Notes: a model not told the origin generated them from the sequence alone. A DNA stretch of 64,000 nucleotides from Azolla caroliniana (GCA_043228905.1 JBHGNT010000004.1:18042001-18106000); one strand, 5' to 3'. Positions 13,640-28,520 are shown, counted from the stretch's first letter. Made by a program: numbers and translations.

Positions 13640-16439
13640 TTTTAAAGATGCTACGAATCCTTTGCATTGTTTAACTCTGCCCATTGTTATCTCACAATCG
13701 TAAATATATTCATGGCTGCTCTTATATATTCCATTGTGTTTCCAACCTTCTTTGTAAGTCTTGCTTAAGCTCAAAAGTATTAATATTGCTAGTTTCTAAT
13801 TCAAAGACTGATCAATTCATCATGTCATATAATGCAATGTAGATTTATGTATATTTACAATGGTAAGATAAGTGTTATGTTTGTAGAACTCTCTTTAATT
13901 CAAAATGAAGAAGATAATGCCAATGATCGACTCATGATATTCACGTACCAACTTTTTTACCATACAAAATGCATATCCGCTTTGCATTGATACCTCACAA
14001 ATACAACAAGAAGCACAATGCACACCCTCTTTCCTAACTTCACCTCAAGAAAGTACCATCACTATCTATTTCTCGTTTACGCAATCGTCACATTCACATA
14101 TTAATTCATAAAGTGGGTCAATCCTCCAATGATAGTGGTCAAAACACCGAGGAAATATTTAGTGGCATCTAAAGAGACGGGGGTTCTTTTCATCTTTTCA
14201 AAAAGGGATGTGGCCCGAAAAAACATAATGTCATTCTCATGATGCACTTGATCAACATTTCTTTGTCCTTTTAGTTCTCCACTTTGTCTTTTATATGTCA
14301 CCCCACTTAAAGAAAGATGTCAATGTTGTAGAGGACCCATTAACATAACCTATGGGGCCGATTAGAGTTATTGAGAGGAGTTCATTGAGCAAAAGAAAGA
14401 AGAGGTTAGAAAACATGTGAGTCCTATTCTTAGAGCTTGTTTATGTGTATCTAAGACGGGGGGGGGGGGGGGGAGATGGTTGGATTCAACATGAAGATGT
14501 TTGTGCATTAGGTGGTTCATGGTGGGAAGCACATATAGAGGGTTGTAGGTGAGGAAGATCAAGCAATAGAATTATCATCAATAACAAACACATTTTTTAA
14601 AGGTGCAACCTTGAGTAAAAAGCATGAAGAATCTTGGCTTATATTATTAGATTCCATTCGCCAAAAGGGAAGGAGAAGGTTATAAAACAATATTGAACGT
14701 TAGGTAAACTATATAATATGAATGCCTCTCCATGCCACTTGTTTGTATGTGGATAATTTCATCAATAAACACAAACAACAATTCCATAATTTCTTGACAT
14801 AATATAAATTAATTATTGCTTAGGATATAGTTGCTTGTTAAACACACATTAAATTCATTTGGATTATCAAATGAGATACAGTTCTAGTATTACCGTCTTC
14901 ATCATTCACACTCGTAAATACTAGAAATCACTACACAAAATGTGACTTCAACTTCCTCATGCATATACATATAAGACTTGATGTAATGCATAGTTATTTT
15001 CATTTTGTCATTAAAGATGTTTTTGATATGAATAATAGTAAATCTTTCTAGATCTATATTAACCAAAGTAGTTTGAAGCCTATGTTTAATTTTAAACCAT
15101 TTGACCTTGTGATATTCATGAAAACAATAAAAGTGTCCATGGAGGAAATCTTGCTTGCTACATCTATTGGACCTTAACATCTTAATGGTGTTTTCCCATA
15201 CATTAGGACCAATATTAACACATGATATCAATGTTAGACATTTGTTTTTCTGAGAAAAACTGCTTCCCATTAGTTAGGTGAATTATACATATATACAAAT
15301 CAATCTATGTACACTCTAAGTATCCACAGATACTCGACTATTTACAAATGGGAAAATGATGAAATGATTTCCAAGACGCAATATAAAACTCATGCTATTG
15401 ACATGAACACATCCGAAAACCTATTGCATGTAACGTGACAAACATTAAGGCTTTAACAAGGATTCCTAGATATAGTGTATTTTATGAGCTATAGACAAAA
15501 ATGAGGTTTCAACTTTCAAAGTTAAATTTCATATTTTTAACATAACCCTGAGGGCTGAACATGACAGTGAAGTAAACATTAAAAGGCCAAAAACTAAAGC
15601 GCATGATAAAACTTGTCTATATGGACATATGTTAGAATAAACATTTGTTACTTGAGTATATTGTTGTTCACTCCACACCACATATAGTAAAAACCATCTA
15701 CTTTATTTAATCTTTCTGGATTCCATAACTTGAATGAATGGTTACCGTACAAGAGAATATTGGGATAAATCATACACATGTTGGGACTTTTGAATTTATT
15801 CATCATGTGACCTTATTAGAATATATATAGGTCTAACACTTCCTTAATATCATTCTTCTTAATTCATAGAATATTCTATAGCTTAACTCTATCATGATAT
15901 TCATAATCTTGATGAACGAGCTAACAATGACCAACCAATCATTATCAAACAAAAAGGGCATTAGAATACATAACGTTAGCAATAATATAATCAAAGACAA
16001 ATTTAAGAAATGCAACTAGACGAGAAAATATCTTGTAATATATTTGTATAGAGTTGTTTGTTGCATAACACATCATCACATACCTTATAATTAATATTTT
16101 TGTCTCATTTCAAAGATATGCTAAGCCATTATGAAAACAAAAGACAAAGAAAGATATAAATCTAATATCTCCATTCATCAAAGTATTTCTTCATGATGGT
16201 TGATTTATAACCTCTTTTAGGTGATTCCCATGAGAATGTAAGTTTTCTTCATAAACCTTCATATATACGTTTCCCACATAGATGTTTCATATACCTACAC
16301 TCATTCTCGTATAGATATTCATGTGTAGACTTTTCATAAATCTATGGGGTACTTGCATCTATACTAATGTGCTCACATCTCTATATGCAAACATTAGCTA
16401 GCAACAAAGTTGTTATTGTAATCATCATGCTACTTGAGC

Positions 16440-16766
16440 TAATTTCTCCCTCCTTTTTTTGTTTTAGTTTCATTAATGAGGTAATATCCTGAGGAGAGCC
16501 TAGGAATTAATTATTGAATGGTGGGGGTAAGCCCCCTTTATATACAAGATGAGGCATGTGAGCATGGTGGCCACATGGCTTCACCTCCTAAGATTACATG
16601 CATGGTTGCCACATGGCATCCCATGCATTCCATGCTAATGAGTTTATCATTTATATGTTCACATAATATGGTAATAAATGATATATATCCTAATTGTAAG
16701 AGCTATTGTCTATAAAGTAGAGGTACAAAAATTGTGCTTGATCCTCAACATATCCCCCTTTTTTTT
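16440..16766 (-). mobile_element. Degraded LTR retrotransposon 3' end (polypurine tract plus start of LTR)
   Basis: The minus strand reads AAAAAAAAGGGGGATA immediately followed by TGTTGAGG (LTR start at 16750). The left boundary is approximate. Confidence 0.4.
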
Positions 16767-17017
16767 GTTTATTTTTCATTATGAGGTAAGGTAAGGACAT
16801 TTTCTTACACAAAATATCATTTATCCCAAATGACTGGCCACATTGTTGTATTGAACTCATGGTATCATTGTCACCAAACATTTGGTACAATGATTTCATA
16901 AAAGAAGCATAAATAGTAAAAGCACATGACAATAAAAAAGACCCTTACTATCCCTTACCAGAATAGTGTGGATCTTCCAACAAGATAAACTCTTTGAGGT
17001 GTTGTAAGAATAGCTAA

Positions 17018-17223
17018 CATAAAGGCCATTCCTATGAGGGTGCTCATAGAGCTCAAATGTAAAACTATCAATTGTTGTTTAAACTATGGAGACCTTCAAA
17101 TGTAAAACATAGAGCTTCAAATGTAAAACTAGCCCATAAAGGCCATTCCTATGAGGATGCTCATAGAGCTCAAATGTAAAAGATTTAATATCAACTGTTG
17201 TTTCAACCATGGAGACCTTCAAA
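17018..17223. repeat. Local direct duplication of ~85 bp
   Basis: cataaaggccattcctatgagg.tgctcatagagctcaaatgtaaaa...atggagaccttcaaa occurs at ~17018-17100 and ~17135-17223. Confidence 0.8.
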
Positions 17224-18651
17224 CAAGGTAGCCAAATGCTACTATACACGATGGTGAGGGCAAACCAACTAAAAAGGGGACAATGTTTTCATGTATAATC
17301 ATACTTATGTTATTTTTGTGTAACCATGATGAACATTGATAGTTGTGAAGAATTTTCAAGAGAAATTATGGTGGGACATTGTCTTCTCCAAATTAAACGA
17401 AATTTATGCATCTCAAAAAACTTTACCCCTATTTAAAAAGAGGCATAAAGAAGCTAATTGAAGAAGTAAGGGCAAAGAGAGTGAAAATAATATATTATTT
17501 GACTACCATTGGAATCTAGTTGGGAGATAAAGCCAAACAATGTGGTCAAGAAATCAAAATTTGGGCATCTAATTCACAATAGAGTGGATGAAGGAAAAAT
17601 TTAGTAAGAAGAGGAAATTTTGGCCAAGTGGAGTGTCCAAATTTCAAGTAGGTGGATCTACACAATAGAGGAAAAGACAAACCTTGTTTAAGCTTCCTGA
17701 GAGGATTATAAAGACTTCAAGGATGAGAGGATGGATTGGGAAGAAGGGCCATTGAAGAAGCATGAAAATAACGATGACAAATGACGGGAAGAGGAAATTG
17801 GGTAATTACCTATGGAGCTAGTGAAGAAAGTAAAAGAAAAGCTTGGACCAACATACAAGCAACGCTCTTACATTGAACATAATATATACATCATAAACCT
17901 CATGAACAGGTAAGGTCTATTTTTGATGTATTCGCATTGGCCGTTGCCAGTCGTTGTGATACGTGGTAAGGAAAGCGCAAACATGCGCCTCGGCGTCGAC
18001 TTCCTCATTGTATTTGGGGTATGGGTACGACATGGTGTCACTATTTGGGTCTTCTGGTACCCCCTGCGGTGGGCTATTGTCTTCGGGGTGTTCGACCTCG
18101 AACCATTCCCGCTGGTTGATATGGAATCAGGAAGCACTGCCGATTGCGCTTCCGATTCTTGGTGAGGTTGCTCAATGAGCACAAACTTTATCACGCTCTC
18201 TTCTTCCTCTGCACGTCAAAACTCGGACCGAGTATGCGGTACCCTGTGTTGCGCCGTTCCTAAGACTTGGCCTTCCTCCTCTTGTGTGTTGTGTACTACA
18301 GCTCGAACCGGATGTGCCAAATTGTGTTACTCCCCTTTGGAGGAACACACTTTCGGTTACCCACCCCGATTAACCGGATCAAGGTATCATGGTAGGAAGG
18401 AGGGAGAGGGTTTCGGGTTTCCTCGCCGACTGTGCTCTTAGTCGGAATGTGAAGCGAATTGACTCCACTCTAGAGTCACCCAAGGTATCGTACTCTTAGG
18501 TTACCTAGCTCGCCTACATCAATGACATTTAGAGGTACAAATTTCTTTCTAGAACTTGCACAAGGAAACAAGAAACAATATCCTATCGAACCAGCTATAG
18601 CTGGTTATAGGCACATGATTACCCATAGACAATACACTTTAGAGCATACGT

Positions 18652-19786
18652 TGTTGTGAAGATTTTCGGCAACGGTGTGAAAATTGCGAGGAATGTACAA
18701 AATCGAGTGTGGTTTCTTCACACACAATATGAAACAATAATAGTGAAGATATTATTTTATATTAGTTTAATATCTTGGTACGAAAAGATGGATGTCTTGA
18801 AGAGCTTCCAAATGCATTTTACTACATGTGAAACAGACAACTTAGTGTCAAGTTATGTGAGTGTGAAGTTTGAGAAGAAGACGAGGAAAACAAAACTGTG
18901 AGATATCCCACATATATAGGACAACATCAAGATTCAAGAGTATATAAGTAGAGCCATATCTCTTTATATTTTATTTATGTGCTAGGAGCACAAAAAGGTT
19001 GGGTTGTGTAACTTGGACGAATGGATGCGGCCAAGATATTCAAATAATATTTTGGACGGAACCGGAACCGGAACAGACAGACAACGACGAAACCGGGACT
19101 AGATGGACGGTGACGGAACCGGACCGAATGGACGACGACGGAATCGGAACCGGATGGCGACGGAACTGGGATCGGGACCGAACGACGATAGAACCGAACC
19201 GGATCAAATCACCGGATCGGATGGACCGGATCACCGGGTCGGATGCAGACCGGATAGACGGGTCGATCGGATAGGTTGATCACGAAGCACGATGTCTTGA
19301 AGATTTTCGGTGTGAAACGAAAAAAAACCAAGTCATTTCTTTAAGTTATATTTTATCATTATACTTTCACATGTAAATTCTCATACATGAGAGCGTGAAT
19401 GAGTGACATGGTTATCATGCAACACATGTAATGCATGAGCACCAAATGGCAAACATGCATCTCATGGATTTTATGCATTACATGCATGTCTTGCACCCTC
19501 ACATGCATCATATGCATGGGGGCATCTATAAAAGAGTGGATGAAGAAGAAAAATGAGCTATGTATTAATAAAGAATTTAATAAGAAGAAAATTTGTTATC
19601 CAATTGATGTATTAATCTTGTCTCTCAATCTAAAGTCAAGCATTCTATCTTATCTCAATCTCTCTCTCTTTCAATCTATCTTAAATACTTTCTCGCTAAA
19701 GCTAGTGCAAACTTTGAATCCTTCCGGTCTAGAACCCCGACGGTTCCGCCTCAGGATCTACACGTAGTGACGAATTTTTCACGACA
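18652..19786. mobile_element. Solo LTR (~1.13 kb)
   Basis: Starts TGTTGTGAAGATTTTCG and ends CGAATTTTTCACGACA (imperfect terminal inverted repeat). Flanked by ACGT/ATGT, a 4-bp TSD with one CpG-type change. Contains a GGAACCGGA/CCGGATC-rich tract at ~19050-19275. Confidence 0.7.
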
Positions 19787-20109
19787 ATGTAGTCACATAG
19801 GATTACCCCACAATAATGAATGATCTATTAAGAATACACACGGTTAAAAGTACCGATTGACTATCGGTATAGCTCTTGTGCCCTCTGAAGGTTCTCACCT
19901 CTCTATACAATTCTCACCTCAAAATAATACACCCGCAACCCCCTACTCTCTCAATCACTCAGAACTTATATAGGAATCCATGTTTCTTATTTTTGGGAAG
20001 CATGGTTCGTTATAATCGTTTCCACTAAGGTAGTTTTGGTGTTATAGTATAATGCCTTATTCGACTTTTGGTTGGCTCTACTTTTCCTGTGCTTGGTGTC
20101 TTGTCCCCT

Positions 20110-21420
20110 TTCACACTTTCGGCCATCTTGCCTGGCCAACACCTAGCATGCCTGTGGGATAGTGCCTTGCATGTCAAACCATAAAAAAATTGAAAAAATT
20201 GAAAGAATAGTAGTACTCACAAGAATTGAATCACATGAAAAATCTTGTTGCCAAAATTAGTCGTCTTAAAAAATGTGCAAGTGCTCGAGTCATCTGCCTT
20301 GTTCTTGAACTTGGCCAGTTATTTGAGATGAGTCTATTGTTATTCCTCGGCCAGTTGTTCTTCTGTCTTCACCGTAAGTCAATACTCCATAGTCGGTTGT
20401 TCTAGTTCTGTGGGCTCCGACTCCCCTTGTTGTTCACTATTTGTGTGTGTCAATTCTTCGTCAAGTTAGGGCCTTTGCTCCATCGTAGCTTCCCTCTCCT
20501 CGCTGTCATCGGCTTGCTCTTTTACCACTTTGATGGGTGCCTCGTGCTCCACATCCGGCTCTCGTTTTTCCTTGGCTTCGTTAGTGTCTTCTTCCGCTCT
20601 CCTTTGATCCTCGGGTTCTTCCTTGGCCTGTATTCTTTCTCGTTCGCATTTTTCTAACTCGATGGCGAATTGCAGCCGCTCGTCCTCGAATTCCTCAATT
20701 AATTTTTTGACCTCCGCACTGTGTGTCTGGGTGAGGGAGTAGAATTCCTCAGTTAGGTCCTCTCGGAGTAGTTTGATGTTGTCCTCATCTACCTTATAGA
20801 TTCCTCGGCCTTCTTTGTGATGCTTTTCATGATCTGCTTGGAATATCTATAGTTCGGCCGCTTGTGCCGACCATTCCTTCCATCCTCAATTAAGAGCTTC
20901 TTCGATTTTTTTGTTTAGCTACTGCCGATGCTTGTCCAACAGAAGCCTGATTTTGCTTTTGCCCATTTCAGCTTTCTACTAAAGTTTTGCCACTTTGATA
21001 TGCAATTGTTGGACTTTTTTGGCTACTAATTGTGTGTACAGATCATGTTGTGCCTTTGCCACCTTCATATTGATGAGCGTATGCTCGAGCCCCTTCTCCT
21101 AATGTTCAGTGGCTTGCTGGAACTTCCAGTCGAGCCTTGCCTTCTCATCTTCCAAGTCTTGCCTATTTGTTTTGAGCTCTCGTTTAAACCTAGCGTGTTT
21201 CTCGTGGATGATGGCCTCTAGAACTTTCACTCGGAGATTCATGTCCATGAGTAGATTGTGCTGTTTGTTAAAGTGGCCCTGGAGTTGTGTGTGTTTGTGC
21301 TGAAGGGTGACAATCTCATCATTCCAGGCTATGAGCACCTTGTCGAACACTTCTTGTTGTTTCTTGAGTGCTTTAGTGTGTTTGTGCTAAAGGGTGACAA
21401 ACTCGTCATTCCAGGCTGTG
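20110..21420 (-). pseudogene. Relic of the coiled-coil 3' extra ORF of the Athila-like Gypsy family seen at 57.5-60.5 kb
   Basis: Minus-strand YKVDEDNIKLLREDLTEEFYSLTQTHSAEVKKLIEEF...AIELEK aligns by eye with YKMDEESIVAIREELSEDFYALAEEHLKEIRGLVERL...QLELEK in ORF 57540..58412. DNA at 20135-20180 resembles 57480-57530. Confidence 0.7.
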
Positions 21421-21422
21421 AG

Positions 21423-24400
21423 TGTTGGGATCATCGTCATCTAATGTGGAACAAGATCGACACTCTTCTTCTATAAGCTCCTATAAGATTGTGTTTGGAT
21501 ACAAGATCGTAACTACGATAGCAACAAAGATCAAACAATACAACTAGTATGCCGAAGATTGAGAAACATTTAGGCACAATGTAAAGAGTGTATTACAACT
21601 TGAAGCAACAACCACTAACTAGGTTACAAAGTTAGTTTATAAGTTGATTGAATAGCCTAATCCTAGTGTGTACAAAAGGAGACAATGTGAATACGTCCAT
21701 TAGAAACTTGTATTCAACACTCCCCCATAATGGGCGTATGCATCTGAAATCTGTAGATCGAGATGAATGTATGATACAGATTGATACAAGGTTTACGAAC
21801 AATCAAGAATTTGTTCGAGTCGGTGAACTTCGAAGAGCAGAGGGTTGAATTGGCCAAGTTCGGAGAGACTGAAGCCGAAGTTTGAACTATCCAGGTCTAT
21901 TGTCCGTGAAACGTCTTGAGTGTCCGATTCAAGGTTGTTAGGTACGTTAGGTATGGTACGGATACCATACCTATATAACGTATTAATACCCGTATAGTAC
22001 CTCCCAATTTAAAAATACGTTAAATACGTTTTCTTAATATGTTAAATACTTATAAAATACGTAAAATACGTATTTTACATATAGTACGTTAAATACTTCT
22101 AGAATTTGAAATTGTTTTACCTTTCTAAAAATGATCTATAATACTATAAAAAACATCTATGTTTACACAATTTTGTGATGTACAATATAGTTCTACATCC
22201 TAAAATGCATATAAGACATTTGAACATTTCACATCCTAAAATACTTGTAGTAATATGGATGTTGACATTCCCTTATTCTATAAATCAGTGTAAGTGTGTA
22301 TCACGATGTTCTACTTCAAATTGTAATTATTTACAATTATGCCTTCATAGATTGAGGAATCGTCTATGATTATCACACTCATGATAGGTTTCTCTTTTCT
22401 TCGTTTTCTTCTTCTTCTATCTTCTGTGATGATCACACTTAGAGTCAGGACAAGTTTATGTCTTCTTTTCTCTCTTCTTCTTCTTCATCTTCTTCATCGT
22501 TGTCTCTTCTATTCTTCTTTCTTCCTTCCTTTGGCTTCTTTTTCACTAAAATCATTTTTTCTTTTGTTTTTTGTTGGGGTTTTACTTACATTTTCTTTAT
22601 AAATATGTATTATACTTGTTTTTTTATAAATATGTTAAATACCGTATTGGACAAATGTACATGATATTTGACTGAACAACATTGAGGTATAGTACGTACT
22701 ATACAAATAATGAGGTACTATACGTATTTAAACTTTAAATACGAGTACGTAAACAACCATGGAACTTCAATTTAATCGGACTGATTCTTCATTACACCCA
22801 TTCGATGCCGAAGGGATCGAAATCGATCCGTTGGAAGACACTTGGTCATTGCGTCTGCAACGTTATAGCCCGTCGGTACCTTCTCAAGGCCGATTTTCCA
22901 TGAAATGACATAGTCCCGAACGAAGTGATATCGAACATCGATATGCTTGGAGGCGTTGTGATGAACCGGATTTTTCGACAGAGCAACAACACCCTGACTA
23001 TCACTGTACACAATTAGAGCCGAGCCGATTTCAACTTGTCGAAACGTGTAGGCCAGCCGACCGAGCCATAAGGCTTCTTTCGCCGCATCGGATGCGGCCA
23101 CATAATCAACCTCGGTCGTTGATGTGGTGGTGCACTCCTGAAGATTTGATTTCCATGAGATGGTTCCATTACCGAATTTGAAACAATTTTTGGTTGTCGA
23201 TTCACGACTGTATATGCAGCTCACAAAGTCAGAGTCGGTATATTCGACTACGCCTATGGTGTCATTCGGGCCGAATAGAATACCAAGGTCTTTTGTGCCC
23301 ACCAAATATCTAAACACATGCTTGACTACGTTCCAGTGCGCTCGACTGGGATTATGCATGAATCTGCTGACGACTCCAACGACGTGAGCGATATCAGGCC
23401 GTGTCGCAACCATCGCGTACATTAGGGAGCCAACTGCCGGTGCATACGGTACCAACTTCATAATTTCCCCCTCCGAACATGATGTCGGACAGTCTCGCCG
23501 AGATAGCCGAGTATGAATAGGGAGCGGGGTAGAGGCAGATTTCGCCGATTGCATGTTGAAGCGTTCGAGGACACGTCGAATGTAGTCGGTCTGGGATAGA
23601 GACAATTGTTGTTGATTACGATCCCAACTTATCTTCATACCAAGAATGTGTCGTGCTGGACCGAGATCCTTCATGGAAAACTTCAACCGCAGTTGTGCCA
23701 TCATGGCGTCCAGAGATTAGCATGTCATCTGAGTAGATGATGAGGAAGATGGGTGATCCATCTAGAGCTGTTTTCATGAAGAGTCCGTGGTCCTCATCTC
23801 TCTTTGAGAAGCCGATTGATTGGATGAAGTCGTTGAACTTCTTGTACCACTGTCGTGGCACCTATTTCAGGCCATAAAGACTCTTCTTGAGTCAGCAGAC
23901 TAGATGTTCTTGGCCGGATGCCACAAAGCCTCTCGACTGCTCCATATAAATTTCCTCCTCAAGGTCACCATGGAGAAAAGCCGTTTTGACATCTAGCTGA
24001 ATCAACTCCAAATTTTCGACTACCACTACGTCGAGCATAAAGCGAAGGGTGGTCATTTTCACGACTGGCGAAAAAATTTCGTTGAAATCGACGCTGTGTT
24101 CCAGTCGAAAACCCTTTGCTACTAATCTAGCTTTGAATTATGGGTTGGTCGAATTGAACGTCTCCTTAATTCGATAGACCCACTTACACGGAGGAGCACG
24201 TTGATTTTTCGGTAATTCGACCATTCCCAAGTCTTGTTTGCGTGAATGGAGTTCATTTCGGACTCCATCGCCAAATGCCAAGTGGCCGAATCGGCTGACG
24301 CTGATGTTTCTTCGTATGACGTCGGTTTTCTGGCATCCGTAAAGAAGATGCCAGGAGAGTATCTCTTCGGGGGTTGTGATAGTCTCTTGGATCTTCGAGG

Positions 24401-24705
24401 TATGACTGGACTAGTCGCATTGGGTGTCGTTGTCGGATGGTCCAAAGCCGAATCGTTCGGCTGTGCCGAGTCAAAATTCTTTGAGTCGGTGTTTGAAGGT
24501 TCAGCTACCCGTGAAGCTGACCGTGTGTTGTGCGTTGGGCCTTTGTAAGGGGTTGACACATCAGAAAAATTACCCTTCGTACTTTGATCGGTTTTTCGAC
24601 CAATTGATGCATGGCTGACTCATTGAACATGGTGTTCGAACTTCGGACGATCTGTCTATGTTCGGGGTCCCAGAGTCGGTATCCCATTTCGCCATCTGCT
24701 CCATG
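21423..24705 (-). mobile_element. 5'-truncated Ty1/Copia retrotransposon: integrase C-terminus, RT, RNase H, PPT and 3' LTR
   Basis: ORFs carry MKDLG, YAPAVGSLMYAMVATRPDIA, YTDSDF and KHIDVRYHFVRD. PPT (ctccccc on +) lies at 21720-21727 next to a ~297-bp LTR at 21423-21719 (TGTTG...CAACA). Frameshifts and stops are present. Confidence 0.9.
21930..22761. mobile_element. Non-autonomous TIR element (hAT-like termini) inserted in the Copia 3' region
   Basis: Ends CAAGGTTGTTAGGTAC... and ...GTACGTAAACAACCATG form an imperfect TIR. AT-rich interior with many subterminal TACGT/AATAC motifs. No clear TSD. Confidence 0.55.
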
Positions 24706-27684
24706 AAAGTCACACTCACTAAAGGTAAAGATAATATTGGTTGCGATATAGGTCTAAATATCACTAAGAGTGGAAGTAATGAGACTACTATCATAGAGAG
24801 AAAGGTTGTAGACTATTTCAATGTTCAAACCAAGCACATCAGCAATGAAGAAAAGAAGGTAGTACTTTATGGAATATTAAATGATCCATCGATAAAGGAG
24901 TTAGTTGATTGTGATGGTCTTAATGCAAACATAACATCTGTACTAGTAAAAATCTCCGTAATAGTTTCTTATCCATGAGCTGGTCAAAAGATGATCTTGT
25001 CTTAAAAAGGTCTAGTCTAATGATGTTACTTAATAGTGATGTTGACGATATTAACATCAGTGTGCTATCTAAGGTAATTGGTGTTAGTAGAAAAAATGTG
25101 TACAATACATTGAACTGGATAGTTTCCTCAGGTGAAAGAACTAGTCTGCTAAAGCTAACAATAAGATGTAAGCCAATGACACCCATAACATCAGAAATCA
25201 AGGATTTAATCACAATATTTTGGACTAATGAGAGTAGGGTTTCACCCAATAAAAAGGATTTATGCAGGAAACGTGTTGGAAGGAGTCAATACGAGGAGCA
25301 TCCCATTCATCTTCTTGATGTACCTCAGGTATTTACATTTATCTCAACATTTGTTTTGACTTTTGAGCTTAGTTAGTTAGTTTATTAGCTACCTCTAAAT
25401 ATGACCATACCCGAATAGCTAATTACCTACTTCAAAATATTACCATAGCTAACTAGCTACCAATAATAGCTAATTAGATACTAGAATAGCTAATTAGCTC
25501 CCTAAGAATATCGAACATAGCTATTTAGCTACTAGAATAGCTAATTAGCTACCATTCATAGCTATATAGCTACCACAATAGCTAATTAGTTGCTTATGAC
25601 TATAGCTAATTAGCTACCAGAATTGCTAATCCCCTACTACAATAGCTGTTGTACTAAACTATGGTAGTAGCTAATTAGCTACCACTTAGCTAATTAGCTA
25701 CTATACTAAACTATGGGAGTAACTAATTAGCTACCATTTAGCTAATTAGCTATTGTATTAAACTATGGTAGTAGCCAATTAGCTACCACTTAGCTAATTA
25801 GCTACTCAACTAATGTATGGTAGTAGCTAATTAGCTACCACTTACCCATAGAGCTAATCAACATGTCCATTTTATTACGCAGGTCGATTTATTTATTAGG
25901 TTCAGGCGAATGCATCAAAATATCAAAGTTCAACTACGAACATTCGAGTCTCTTAAGCCACACTTTGTGAGACACTTGAAGGATCGATACCCATGTTGTT
26001 GCATTTACCATGTACAAATGGGTTTTCTCAAGGATTCTATTAATCTACTACATCACCATAGCGCCTCCCTAACAAATGCAGTTTGCACTTGTGAGTGCCC
26101 AATTTGTCGATCGAGCCCGTGTGAGCACTGTAAATCATCTGAGCATGTAATCTCTTCCGTGAGTTGTCTTTTAGATTCAATATTGTGTCCGAGAGAAACT
26201 GAGGCCATCTTCCATAGTCATAAATGTGTCATGGGTTTATGTCAAGATTGTGGCCCTAGTAGATTTGGGTGGTGTCCAAATGAATTGAGGAGTGAAATAT
26301 TCATCTCTGTCAATTTATTTGAATCAGTTGACACCAATTTCGAAGGAAAGGTGTGTAAAAGAAAGGATCTAGTTAGGAAGTCAGTTAAACCAAGGGATTT
26401 GGCGTCTCTATTTATAGTATCTCTAGGAAATTTCAATAAACACAACTTCATTTATTCATGGCAAGCCCATCAGTTTAATACTTACATATCAGATTTTCCA
26501 AATGATGTAGTAGTCTCAGCAGTAGATTTCGCAGAGAATTATACTTTCAAGCAGCAAAATGAAATTCAATCTATGCATATTTTCGAGTTTCAGGTGATGT
26601 TAAAAAAGTAATTCATTTTTTTATTTTTGATGATAAGAAGCATGATACCTTGTTCCTCCAACATTGTTTTAACTTACATTGGCAATGGTTATTACCTAAA
26701 CGTTTGGAGCTTACTCAACATTGGACCTGGTCTGATGGAGCTACGTCACAATTCAAGGCTAGACGTCCATTTTATTAATTGCGGAGGTATCTTGCTATAA
26801 TAGGTTTGGAGATGAGATGGAATTTTTTTGGGTCTGGCCATGGTAAAGGTGAACATGATGGTGCGGGTGTTGTTATAAAGCGGGCACTTACCCATGAACA
26901 ACAAAAGGCAGATGGTGTGCAGATGAATTGTGCAGCACATGTAGTTGAATTTTTAAGAGCTAATATGTTAACGAGTGCAACTGGTGTTTATTCCTCGCAG
27001 GTCCGAGATATCAAACGTGAATTTTGCGAAGTGAAGATAGATGAATTAAATAGGGAGAAGACCTGGGAGTGCCAAGGAATTCCCGAATTGCGATCTCTCC
27101 ATGCTCTTCGCGGTTATTCTAGGTTGGATGGTCATTGTATTGCGGTTAGAGAATTAACTTGTTTTTGCTTCCATTGTGTGCAAGGAAATTGGAGGTATTG
27201 TTTAAACAAAGCATATATTCAGAATTGGGAGTATCATACATTGAATGATAAGGAAGCAGTTGATGGAGAAACAGAAAAGAATGCTGACTTCACATATCAA
27301 GGACGTGGAGATACTTTGAGTGATGTCTTAAATGTTGGGGATAATTTCGCTGTAAATGCAGAAGAAGGCAATTCAGAGGGTGTTGAATTCTATATATTGA
27401 AGTGCATGGTTAGTGAATAGTGTGCAATGCAAAATATATTAGACGCTTGGGATAATGTTGTATCTACCGGGACATTCTACATCGAAGGTATTTTTTATGC
27501 AAGACTAGATGATTACGATTACGTGTATAAGCTATTAGAAGACAAACTAGTGGCTTACATGTACTCTCATTTGGTCAGGTGCATCAATATCCCAATGTCG
27601 CAATACAATAGCTACTCAGGTTTATACACAGTTAGTGCTAATGTGTATGAATGTATTTACAACAGTATGCCATGGGATTTGTAG
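24706..27684 (+). pseudogene. Sola2-like DDD transposase pseudogene with one intron (25329-25882)
   Basis: Cys-rich N-region (CCCIYH, CECPIC, C..G.C..CG), then AVDFAENY, QNEIQSMH, DDKKHD, HWTWSDGATSQFK and WNFFGSGHGKGEHDGAGVVIKR. From memory this is the Sola2-type motif set. Disabled by a deletion/frameshift near 26595 and in-frame stops at ~26776 and ~27418. Confidence 0.7.
25370..25860. repeat. Array of palindromic TAGCTAATTAGCTA units inside the transposase intron
   Basis: Many exact and degenerate copies of the 14-bp palindrome lie between the GT donor (25329) and AG acceptor (25881-25882). Confidence 0.9.
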
Positions 27685-27991
27685 CTACAAGTAGCAATTA
27701 CCAGTTTTATTGTAAAACAAACAAAGCACATGTATTGCAAGTAAACAGTTTAATGGACCTGTTTGGGAGTTTTTTTTGGATATACAGTCTACATTTTGTG
27801 CTTCTTTCCCAACAAAATCGTGTGTCATTTTTATATACAGTCTTACCATGTACAAGTTAAAATAGTTTGCATAATTTTAAGAAAAAGCACTATCATGAAA
27901 TCAGCAATCCTGAACATACTCTTAAAATTACACAGTTGATAAGTTACTCAAAACAAGCAATTTAATTCTTCATTGATTAAGTGGTAGCAAA

Positions 27992-28520
27992 TTACATATT
28001 TATAACATCCCTATAAATAGCTAAGCTGTTACTGGTTAGTGGAACTTCTCTACATATATGATATGCATACCGAGCTCGGTATGGAGTCCACAACCATGTA
28101 GCTAGTTGGCAGCTCAATGTTTTCACCAAATAGTGTTCAGGCATTTCATCGGGTAGAATGAGACAGCATCTGCGAATGTTGAAGTAATGTCGGAAATGTT
28201 TTGTATCTAGAATCAACGTATTGTCGGCATTATAATCTGGCCAAGTGTCCCAAAAATCAGAAAGTGTTTTGAATCTTGCAACATCCTTCTACTCACAATT
28301 CTCTCGTGTCCACTGACCCTTGAAAAGTTGTCGCCACTTCGTGAAGAATCTTTCTACACACTTCCACACATCTGTACGTTGTTTTTCGCTCCAAATAAAC
28401 AAATCAAAGTATTGCACAACCCACTCCAGAAATTGATTTGCGTCCCTCCTTGGTGTCGTATATCGCACACTCATCAGGACTTTATCAAGATCCACGATCA
28501 AGGCTCTTCTTTCGACTTCT
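27992..28520 (-). pseudogene. FCP1/SCP (NIF)-type HAD phosphatase-like domain, terminal part of the transposon cargo gene
   Basis: RALIVDLDKVL (DxDxV), PRRDANQFLEWV, FDLFIWS, C.*KD....L..FW..WP.YNADNTLILD. ORFs 28289..28501 and 27992..28216 are in the same frame, split by one TAG. Confidence 0.65.

Noticed and set aside
14458-14473. 16-nt poly-G run
   Set aside because: Isolated homopolymer with no associated structure.
17868-18560. GC-richer segment with several overlapping short ORFs
   Set aside because: Probably retroelement-derived non-coding DNA. No recognisable domain or termini.
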